Shown: positions 5,219-11,727, numbered from the stretch's first letter. The stretch is 24,000 nt of DNA from Dehalococcoidia bacterium (GCA_965220515.1 OZ244831.1:975322-999321); one strand, 5' to 3'. Made by a program: numbers and translations. Notes: generated by a model not told the origin, from the letters alone.

Positions 5219-8206
5219 GTGCTCCTGTTCGTTGTGGCTCATGACGCCGGGAGATTGCAGGCGCAGACGCTGACGGATAAACAGATTCTCGTCGAGCTCT
5301 ACAACTCAACTGGCGGCTCCAGCTGGACCAACGGATGGAACACTGACCAGCCCCTCACCGCCGGTCTGGGGGTCTTCGACCCTTCGAACACCAATTGGCG
5401 GGGCGTCGCGACGGACAGTGGTGGGCGTGTCACAAGGATTTCCCTTTCTAGCAACAACCTCACAGGCACGATCCCTTCCGTTCTGGGCGGTCTGGATAAT
5501 TTGGAAATCCTGGAACTCCACACCAACCGGTTGAGGGGTGAGATCCCGTCCTCGCTGAGCGGCCTGCAAGCACTGGATACCCTGAATCTGAGTGCCAACC
5601 AGCTGAGCGGCTCTATTCCTCCCGAACTGGGCCAAATGCCTGCTCTGCTAGGCCTGTATCTCGCCACTAACAATCTGACAGGTTCGATACCGTCCGAACT
5701 GGGAGATCTGACTACTCTGACCCAGCTGAGTCTCTGGAACAACCAGTTGACGGGTCAGATCCCGTCGGAACTGAGCCAACTGTCCGCCCTCACTTTGCTG
5801 AGCCTTAGCCAAAACGATTTGACGGGTTCGATACCGCCATCGCTGGGCGACCTGACGAATCTGACTCAGCTGTATCTGCGTAACAACCGGTTGACGGGTT
5901 CGATACCGACTCAGTTGGGCAATCTGACGAATCTGACTCAGCTGTCTCTCCGAAACAACCAGTTGACGGGTTCGATACCGACCCAGCTGGGCAACCTGAC
6001 GAGCCTGACAGGGCTGTGGCTCAGGCACAACCAGTTGGCTGGTTCGATCCCGACTCAGTTGGGCAATTTGACGAATCTGACACTGCTGTTTCTCAACGAC
6101 AACCAACTGACCGGCTCAATACCGAGCCAACTGGGCGGTTTGTCGAACCTGCTGAACCTGTCTCTCCACAACAACCAACTGACAGGTTCAATCCCGTCGG
6201 AACTCGGCGATATTGGCAGTTCGGTGACAGGAGGCATTCGAACAGACCGCCTGATAGTTCTGTCTCTTCACAACAACCAACTGACGGGTTCAATCCCGTC
6301 CTCGTTGCGGAGTCTTACGAGTTTGACTGAGTTGTATCTCCACGACAACGAGCTGACCGGCGACGTTCCCGATCTGAACTCGCTGACCTCCTTGTACATA
6401 CTCGGGCTGGGCGGCAACAACTTTGACCTTGACTGGTCGGTGTTCGAGTCGGGAGGCACAGGAAGCAAGGTCTACAACCTTGAAACCAAAATCTCTTCGA
6501 TGAGCCGGCTGTACCTCCACGAAAGCGGTCTGGAAGGAACAATACCCGACTGGATTGGCGCGCATTCCCGATTACGAACGCTCTGGCTGCAGAACAACGG
6601 TCTCACCGGCTCAATCCCATCGAATTTCAGCAGTCTGACGAGTCTCGTGGACCTGCGTCTGCACGGCAACATGCTGACCGGCGGTTTCGATGTGCTGGAC
6701 GGACTGACCCTGGACATCTTCAGTCGCGACACGGCGCCCGGGGTGGTGATGTTCCGGACGGGAACGGTCGTCGATTCCTACGCCGTGAAGATCGCGCCTC
6801 CGCAAGGGGGTGCGCAGCCACGATTCACGTTGTCCAGGGTTAGTCCCGAGGTTGTGAGGCTCCATCTGCCGCCGCATCCGAGTATCTCCAGCGTGGTCAG
6901 GATCGTGACGGCGGTCGACATAGAGGTCATCGGTGATTTCACACCTCCGGCTGTGATCTGCGTCCCGGTTCCTGATTCCCCAAGGCAGGAGTTGGAGGAG
7001 GATCAGGAACTGGTGCTGATGCACGAGTTCCAGGACGGCGTCTGGAGGGTCTTGGAATCCGCGGATCCGCCCACGGGGTACGATCCGGGTGCTGGCAACA
7101 TTGCGTTGTGCGGCATGACGGACAGTTTCTCGCTGTTCGGTGTGGCTGTGGTCGAGTTCGTTTCAGGCGGAACGGGAGCGATCCAGCGGATCTCGCGCAT
7201 CGAGCCTTCGATCCGGGACGTGACGCTGTCTCAGGGCGACGTTCTGCGTCTGAGGTTCGACATCTACGGTCGCCAGGGCATTCTGAACAACGATCTTGGC
7301 GAGGGTCACGCGTTCGGGTGGGACGACGGAGGCGCGGGAGGAAGCATCAGAGCGACCGACCGTTCCAACGAGATCGTCTATATCGCTCCATCGTCGCCTG
7401 GAAGATACACGGTTACGGCGACCTCGCCTGACGCGGCGTGTCTGATCGGCGATGACGATGAGGATACCGAGGAGCGGTGCGCAGCGAAGTTCACCATCAA
7501 TGTCCGACGATCCTCGGCGGTACTAGAAGAGCGACCAGCGCCGAAGAATCCTGTAGGGGAGATTCCATCGGTGCTGGCCGACGCCGAGGGTCGTCAGTAC
7601 GAGGTATTCACGCCGGAAGAAGGAGGCTTCTTCGACGGCGGTGACATCACGGTTTCCGGGGCCCCGGGCGTTGTTCCGAACTTGGAGATCGTGGGAGTGC
7701 GCGTTGACGCTGCGGGCCCGGCTTCGAACGTCGGCATGACCGCGCATCGATACACGCTGGTCGGCGATCGCTACGACGTGCTCGCCGTCGACGCGACTGA
7801 GACGTCGATATCGTCGTACGTCTTGAATTCGCCTTTGGAGGTTTGCGTACCGCTGCCTCCGGCCGCGCGGCACGACATCTCGGACATTGCGCTGGTCGCG
7901 GACAACCTTGACAGCACGCTGACGGTGCTATCGGCGTCGGTGCGGATCACCGGATCGTCGGGCGGTGTGAATGTGTGCGGCAATCTTGGGACGTTGCCGG
8001 CGACTATAGCGGTGGGCACCGCGGGTTCTCCGGACGCGATACCGACGGCGACGCCGGATCTGGATGAGATTGTAGATCCGGATACTGGGGGGTACGCGCC
8101 GTTGGGGAGCGGGTTGTTGTTGGTGATGATGATTGGTGGTGGTGTGATCGTGGCGATGGGTGTAGCGGGAGTTGTGAGGGGGCCCGGAGGGTCGCGCGGC
8201 GGGTAG
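5219..8206 (+). CDS. Large secreted or surface protein with ~17 plant-type leucine-rich repeats, beta-rich C-terminal modules and a C-terminal hydrophobic anchor
   Basis: 995-aa ORF. An LRRNT-like cap (ILVELYNSTGGSSWTNGWN...WRGVATDSGGRVTRISLSSNNLTG) precedes 24-residue repeats of the form LxxLxxLxLxxNQLTGSIPxxLGxLTN. The C-terminus reads GSGLLLVMMIGGGVIVAMGVAGVVRGPGGSRGG. The start is uncertain: it is GTG at 5219, and the in-frame upstream sequence RIRFYALAVAAV looks like the missing part of a signal peptide but has no canonical start codon. Confidence 0.85.
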   Translation: MLLFVVAHDAGRLQAQTLTDKQILVELYNSTGGSSWTNGWNTDQPLTAGLGVFDPSNTNWRGVATDSGGRVTRISLSSNNLTGTIPSVLGGLDNLEILELHTNRLRGEIPSSLSGLQALDTLNLSANQLSGSIPPELGQMPALLGLYLATNNLTGSIPSELGDLTTLTQLSLWNNQLTGQIPSELSQLSALTLLSLSQNDLTGSIPPSLGDLTNLTQLYLRNNRLTGSIPTQLGNLTNLTQLSLRNNQLTGSIPTQLGNLTSLTGLWLRHNQLAGSIPTQLGNLTNLTLLFLNDNQLTGSIPSQLGGLSNLLNLSLHNNQLTGSIPSELGDIGSSVTGGIRTDRLIVLSLHNNQLTGSIPSSLRSLTSLTELYLHDNELTGDVPDLNSLTSLYILGLGGNNFDLDWSVFESGGTGSKVYNLETKISSMSRLYLHESGLEGTIPDWIGAHSRLRTLWLQNNGLTGSIPSNFSSLTSLVDLRLHGNMLTGGFDVLDGLTLDIFSRDTAPGVVMFRTGTVVDSYAVKIAPPQGGAQPRFTLSRVSPEVVRLHLPPHPSISSVVRIVTAVDIEVIGDFTPPAVICVPVPDSPRQELEEDQELVLMHEFQDGVWRVLESADPPTGYDPGAGNIALCGMTDSFSLFGVAVVEFVSGGTGAIQRISRIEPSIRDVTLSQGDVLRLRFDIYGRQGILNNDLGEGHAFGWDDGGAGGSIRATDRSNEIVYIAPSSPGRYTVTATSPDAACLIGDDDEDTEERCAAKFTINVRRSSAVLEERPAPKNPVGEIPSVLADAEGRQYEVFTPEEGGFFDGGDITVSGAPGVVPNLEIVGVRVDAAGPASNVGMTAHRYTLVGDRYDVLAVDATETSISSYVLNSPLEVCVPLPPAARHDISDIALVADNLDSTLTVLSASVRITGSSGGVNVCGNLGTLPATIAVGTAGSPDAIPTATPDLDEIVDPDTGGYAPLGSGLLLVMMIGGGVIVAMGVAGVVRGPGGSRGG
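5431..6690 (+). repeat. 72-bp periodic coding repeat array (LRR units)
   Basis: CTGACGAATCTGACTCAGCTG occurs at 5852 and 5924, with close variants at 5996 and 6068, giving an exact 72-nt period. Neighbouring units are near-identical at the DNA level. Confidence 0.85.
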
Positions 8207-8467
8207 GTGTTGAGCGGGAGTTGGAGAATCTGCGGTAGCGGTTTGCGGAGCGGTTTACGATTGCGCGTCGGGAGGTAAGGAAGTGGTTGCGGGAGTCGGC
8301 GGAGGGGAGACGGGTGGAGGGGGTTGTGGGGGAGTTGTTGGGGGGATGATGTCTGAACCGGGGATTACGGGGATTTAAGGATGGGTGGGATTTTGGTGGT
8401 TAGGTATGATAAAATAGAACAAATGAGTTGTATATACGCCATGGAAGGTCTTTGAAAGGTGAGTTCA

Positions 8468-8830
8468 ATGGGAGCGACTTACGTTACGTGCACAGTACGA
8501 AATCCGGCGGAGCCGGACAAGGCTTGGGAAGGGTTGTTTTTGGTCGATACCGGTGCGACGGATTGTCTAGTGCCGAAGCAGCATTTGGAATCGATTGGTC
8601 TTGAAGCGGATGGGGAGCGGATTTACGCCTTGGCTGATGGGAGTGAGCACCGGATGCCGATTACTTTGGGCAGGATCGAGTTTATGGGTGAGTGGGTTGG
8701 TGCGACGATTGTGATGGGGGATGATGATTCGGAACCGCTTCTTGGTGTTACGGCGTTGGAGTCGGTTGGGATCGAGGTTGATCCGCGGAATCAGGAGTTG
8801 AAGCGGTTGCCGTTTGTGCGGTTGAGGTAG
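8468..8830 (+). CDS. Retropepsin-like (clan AA) aspartic protease, single-domain
   Basis: Has the FLVDTGATDCLVP catalytic motif and a C-terminal PLLGVTALESVGIEVD motif typical of bacterial and archaeal retropepsin-like proteins. The ORF opens at GTG 8459. ATG 8468 is preferred because AAAGGTGA lies 5 nt upstream. Confidence 0.7.
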   Translation: MGATYVTCTVRNPAEPDKAWEGLFLVDTGATDCLVPKQHLESIGLEADGERIYALADGSEHRMPITLGRIEFMGEWVGATIVMGDDDSEPLLGVTALESVGIEVDPRNQELKRLPFVRLR

Positions 8831-8839
8831 GGGTGGGAG

Positions 8840-9307
8840 ATGGTGGAGGATGGACCCAAAACGACGTTCTTTTATTGGCGAGATCGAACCGGGTTGGCTT
8901 GGCGCTTCCGCCAAGAAGAGGGAATCCATATGGTGTCTTGGTATGGCTTACCGAAAAGTTACGACTACGAATTCGAGGCATACGTGAAAACACACCAGAT
9001 CGATCTTGGCGATTCAGAGGATGAGGATACTGTTCGTCTTTTGGAGATAGGTCGGCTAATCGATGTGCGGGTCAACAGTTTCATGGAAAACCGCGGTGTC
9101 GGGTCGATGTTGGTCAAGGCGGCGATTGAGGTATGTAAGCGACGTGGGAACTTAGGTATAGATGGGACGATTAGCAGAGTGGATCGTGACCATTTCGACA
9201 AACTAAAACACTTTTATGAAAAGCTGGGTTTCGATTTTGAGTTGTTCGATGAGGAACGATTGGATGGTAGATCCAACACGGTAGGACGGGTTTTTATGCG
9301 TTTCTAG
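8840..9307 (+). CDS. GNAT-family N-acetyltransferase-like protein
   Basis: ENRGVGSMLVKAAIEVCKRRG resembles the acetyl-CoA-binding motif A, and HFYEKLGF resembles motif B. The gene starts 9 nt after the protease stop. An alternative start at ATG 8930 has a better-spaced AAGAGGGA. The gene looks more AT-rich than its neighbours by eye. Confidence 0.6.
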   Translation: MVEDGPKTTFFYWRDRTGLAWRFRQEEGIHMVSWYGLPKSYDYEFEAYVKTHQIDLGDSEDEDTVRLLEIGRLIDVRVNSFMENRGVGSMLVKAAIEVCKRRGNLGIDGTISRVDRDHFDKLKHFYEKLGFDFELFDEERLDGRSNTVGRVFMRF

Positions 9308-9344
9308 CGTATGTCTTGGGGATGCCCTCCCGTCCCCGCCCCGT

Positions 9345-9416
9345 GCATCCCCCGCTCGCATCGCTTCGCTTGCTCGCGCCCCTGTTGTCGGTCCTTTGGG
9401 CTTTGCGAAGGGGGCG
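9345..9416 (+). repeat. GC-rich hairpin repeat, copy A (its hairpin-loop segment is replaced by a longer 18-nt sequence)
   Basis: The first 38 nt and last 16 nt are identical to copy D. The central CTTACG is replaced by TGTTGTCGGTCCTTTGGG. Confidence 0.85.
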
Positions 9417-9431
9417 ATCGCTAGTGGTGCT

Positions 9432-9779
9432 TTAGGTTTTTAGGGCTTGTTGGATGGTTTGGAGGACGCCTTCTGTGTTGGTTAGGACTTCGTTGTTCCA
9501 GAAGCGGATTACTGTGTAGCCGCGTTGATTTAGGCGTTGGGTGCGGAGGTTGTCGGCTTGGCGTTGCTGGTCGTGTTGGCCGCCGTCGACTTCGATGATT
9601 AGTTTGCGGCCTCGGCAGAGGAAGTCGACGATCATGTTGTCGATGACGCGTTGTCGAAGGAAGCGGTGGCCGTCGAGTTGGCCCATGCGGATGTGTTGCC
9701 AGAGGTGGTTTTCGGCGTCGGTGGGGTTGTTTCGGTTGTTGCGGGCTAGGGGATTTAGTTGAGTGTTGGAGGGTGGCAT
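9432..9779 (-). CDS. DUF559 (Vsr-like) endonuclease-domain protein
   Basis: LWQHIRMGQLDGHRFLRQRVIDNMIVDFLCRGRKLIIEVDGGQHD...GYTVIRFWNNEV matches the characteristic DUF559 pattern. Confidence 0.8.
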   Translation of the reverse strand: MPPSNTQLNPLARNNRNNPTDAENHLWQHIRMGQLDGHRFLRQRVIDNMIVDFLCRGRKLIIEVDGGQHDQQRQADNLRTQRLNQRGYTVIRFWNNEVLTNTEGVLQTIQQALKT

Positions 9780-9830
9780 GAGGGGATGATAGGGGGTGGA
9801 ATGGGTTTCATTTGTGCAGAGTGGCAGGGC

Positions 9831-9891
9831 CCCGTCCCCTTCGCGAAGCGTAAGGGGACGCGGACGAGCGCAGCGAGAACGCAGGGGATGC
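9831..9891 (-). repeat. GC-rich hairpin repeat, copy B (diverged, inverted orientation)
   Basis: The reverse complement reads GCATCCCCTGCG...CCCCTTACGCTTCGCGAAGGGGACG. The hairpin half is conserved and the left half is diverged. Confidence 0.7.
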
Positions 9892-9917
9892 GCGCCTGCG
9901 TGGGGTGTGGGAGTGAT

Positions 9918-9960
9918 GGGGGGGGGCGTTGCTGGCGTCGTCTGGCCGCCCCCCCCCCCC
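9918..9960. repeat. G9 and C12 homopolymer tracts facing each other across 22 nt
   Basis: G run at 9918-9926 and C run at 9949-9960, counted directly. They lie between repeat copies B and C. Confidence 0.85.
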
Positions 9961-9962
9961 GA

Positions 9963-10022
9963 GCATCCCCCGCTCGCATCGCTTCGCTCGCTCGCGCCCC
10001 CTTACGCTTTGCGAAGGGGGCG
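9963..10022 (+). repeat. GC-rich hairpin repeat, copy C
   Basis: 60 nt with 59/60 identity to copy D. It contains the hairpin CGCCCCCTTACGC-TTT-GCGAAGGGGGCG. Confidence 0.9.
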
Positions 10023-10052
10023 AGTTGTGCGTCGGTACAATGTCTTATAGCG

Positions 10053-10376
10053 ATGATTCAATCGGTGAAAGCGATTTACAGGGATGGGGTTTTGGAACCT
10101 TCGGAGTCGCTTGATCTTGAGGATGGTGATGTGGTGAGGTTGTCGATATCGGTTGAGGGGAGTGCGGAGGATGGTGATCCGGCGTCGGGTGATGGGAATG
10201 GGGTGAGGGATTCAGCGTCCGTAGATTCGAAGCCGACTGATATTCAGGCGCTCCACGAATTTTCCAGGAAGATACGAGAATCGGTGCCTGAATCAGCGTG
10301 GGAGAATGTTCCCAGGGACGGCTCGATTAACTACAAGCACTATTTGTATGGTCATCCGAAAGTAGCTGAAGAGTGA
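10053..10376 (+). CDS. DUF104/AF2212-like antitoxin (VapB-type partner of PIN toxins)
   Basis: MIQSVKAIYRDGVLEPSESLDLEDGDVVRLSI is the typical N-terminal fold signature, and the C-terminal INYKHYLYGHPK tail is common in this antitoxin class. The track ORF (9759-10376) is over-extended through the repeat elements. ATG 10053 is in frame with it. Confidence 0.7.
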   Translation: MIQSVKAIYRDGVLEPSESLDLEDGDVVRLSISVEGSAEDGDPASGDGNGVRDSASVDSKPTDIQALHEFSRKIRESVPESAWENVPRDGSINYKHYLYGHPKVAEE

Positions 10377-10721
10377 GGGAAGTGTTTGCGGACACTGGTT
10401 ATTGGGTGGCGATGAATCAGTTCCGAGGACGTTTTGCGTGACGCTGTAGATCGGCTGCCGGGTGAACTCGATGCTTGCCAGTTGGTGACGAGTGAAATGG
10501 TGTTGGTTGAGGTATTGAATTTCTTCGCCCGAGGTGGTGACCGGGCACGCGAGGCGGCTGTTGAAACGATCAGAAGACTCTTTGACGACTCTGATGTGAT
10601 GATTATTCCCCAAACGAGCGCGCAGTTCGCGAAGGCGTTTGATCGTTACGGCGGTCGTTTGGATCAGAGTTGGAGCTTGGTGGATTGCTCGAGTTTCGTG
10701 CTGATGGAGGAGCGTAGTTGA
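10373..10721 (+). pseudogene. vapC: PIN-domain (VapC-like) toxin gene, frameshifted and C-terminally truncated
   Basis: GTG 10373 overlaps the antitoxin stop (GTGA). It reads VREVFADTGYWVAMNQFRGRFA, then stops at 10439-10441. The rest of the PIN domain continues in the +1 frame from about 10416 (ISSEDVLRDAVDRLPG...LVTSEMVLVEVLNF...SLVDCSSFVLMEERS). Removing one A near 10115-10116 of 'GAATC' (i.e. 10415-10416) restores a single frame. The ORF ends just before repeat copy D, without the usual last acidic-residue segment. Confidence 0.65.
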
Positions 10722-10755
10722 TTGTCTAGCGGCGATGCTGCCGTGTGCCGGCCGG

Positions 10756-10815
10756 GCATCCCCCGCTCGCATCGCTTCGCTTGCTCGCGCCCCCTTACGC
10801 TTTGCGAAGGGGGCG
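10756..10815 (+). repeat. GC-rich hairpin repeat, copy D (reference copy)
   Basis: GCATCCCCCGCTCGCATCGCTTCGCTTGCTCGCGCCCCCTTACGCTTTGCGAAGGGGGCG. Confidence 0.9.
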
Positions 10816-10826
10816 GGGCGGGTTGA

Positions 10827-11237
10827 TCATGTGCGGGTTGGGGCTGACAGGCCTTCTGCGGTAGCGGCTTGGGATAGGGCGCTGTCTAGGGTTGCTAATT
10901 GTGCGTCGCGTCTGATTGCTAGTTCTAGGTAGAGGGCGTCGTAGAAGGTGAGGTTGTGGGTCAAGGCGAGTTGTATCGTCGCGTGGAAGTCGGGTTCGTG
11001 ATCGGTGTCGATTCGCAAAACGCTGAGTGCCTTCAAATGGCCGTCTATTTCACGCATTTGAATGCGACCGCGACGTGCGGCGAAGACTATGACGTTTCGG
11101 ATCTCGAAGTGCCAAATCTGAGGAACAATCGCTTGAACAGTGTTTAGGGATTCAAACGTTGCGTCGGCGACTGGATGCTCTTCGTCCTCCATAAACCACA
11201 CGGCCGATACCGATGCATCAACGACGAGAAAACTCAT
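10827..11237 (-). CDS. vapC: PIN-domain ribonuclease toxin VapC
   Basis: Has MSFLVVDASV (first Asp), a conserved Glu region, FYDALYLELA and LATLD. It overlaps the upstream antitoxin gene by 4 bp. Confidence 0.8.
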   Translation of the reverse strand: MSFLVVDASVSAVWFMEDEEHPVADATFESLNTVQAIVPQIWHFEIRNVIVFAARRGRIQMREIDGHLKALSVLRIDTDHEPDFHATIQLALTHNLTFYDALYLELAIRRDAQLATLDSALSQAATAEGLSAPTRT

Positions 11238-11485
11238 ACGCGATGACCGGCATGTCGGGCTTCAAGTATCTCTTCGACGGTCATGTTTATGCCGCCTAAC
11301 TGGGAACGAAGGCGTTTGAACTCTTCGATTGCCGCGCGACGTTGGGCGCGTTCTTGGTCAGCGGCGGGTACCAGGTGGGCGATCTTTTTGCCGTGGCGGG
11401 TGATGACGACGGTTTCGCCGGCTTCGACGGTGCGGAGGAGCTCGGCTAGTCGGGCTTTGGCTTCGGTTGCTTGGACTTGGAGCAT
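11234..11485 (-). CDS. Phd/YefM-type antitoxin
   Basis: ATEAKARLAELLRTVEAGETVVITRHGKKIAHLVP is the Phd/YefM N-terminal signature. It sits immediately upstream of the PIN toxin and overlaps it. Confidence 0.8.
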   Translation of the reverse strand: MLQVQATEAKARLAELLRTVEAGETVVITRHGKKIAHLVPAADQERAQRRAAIEEFKRLRSQLGGINMTVEEILEARHAGHRV

Positions 11486-11559
11486 GGTCGGATCTCTAAC
11501 CAGTTATTTTAACCATACAATGTTGTTTGAAGGTCTGCCCGACCGGCCCGGGTATTTCT

Positions 11560-11593
11560 CCGCTCGAGTAGCTTAGCGTGCTCGCGCCCCCTT
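11560..11593 (+). repeat. GC-rich hairpin repeat, copy E (partial and degenerate)
   Basis: CCGCTCGAGTAGCTTAGCGTGCTCGCGCCCCCTT aligns to the left and centre of the consensus. The right hairpin arm is missing. Confidence 0.5.
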
Positions 11594-11620
11594 CGTCCTG
11601 CCGCCCCATGGCCACCCGTT

Positions 11621-11683
11621 CCCCCTCACCCTAACCCTCTCCCACGGTGGGGAGAGGGGAGGGAGCGCGGAGAAGTGAGGGAC
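11621..11683. repeat. Second type of imperfect palindromic element (CCCTCAC...CCCTCTCCC-loop-GGGAGAGGG...GTGAGGG)
   Basis: Inner stem 11635-11643 / 11650-11658 and outer stem 11623-11629 / 11675-11681. It lies 45-105 nt upstream of the substrate-binding-protein (SBP) gene start. Confidence 0.6.
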
Positions 11684-11727
11684 GAGGTATCAGGTATAGA
11701 ATGACCTGCAAGTAAGGGAGTTCAGTC

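Noticed and set aside
4883-5309. 80-aa and 99-aa minus-strand ORFs just upstream of the LRR gene
   Set aside because: No recognisable domain. They overlap each other, the G11 tract and the LRR 5' end, and several frames are open here simply because of base composition. Kept only as context for the G-tract finding.
5299-8019. Many minus- and plus-strand ORFs inside the LRR gene (e.g. 5648-6106 -, 6611-7024 -, 7523-7873 -)
   Set aside because: They are antisense or off-frame shadows of the repetitive LRR coding sequence. Their own periodicity simply mirrors the 72-bp repeat.
5139-9960. Homopolymer tracts (G11, G9, C12) as proof of phase variation
   Set aside because: Long poly-G/C runs are also classic sequencing and assembly artefacts, and slippage cannot be shown from one consensus sequence. 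They are reported as hypotheses needing read-level support, not as established switches.
9755-10052. ORFs 9755-9979 (-), 9796-10050 (+), 9929-10114 (+) and the first 98 codons of ORF 9759-10376
   Set aside because: They are translations of the hairpin repeat copies and homopolymer tracts (Gly/Pro/Arg/Ala-rich, containing the recurring ARIASLARAPLRFAKGA string). The real gene starts at ATG 10053.
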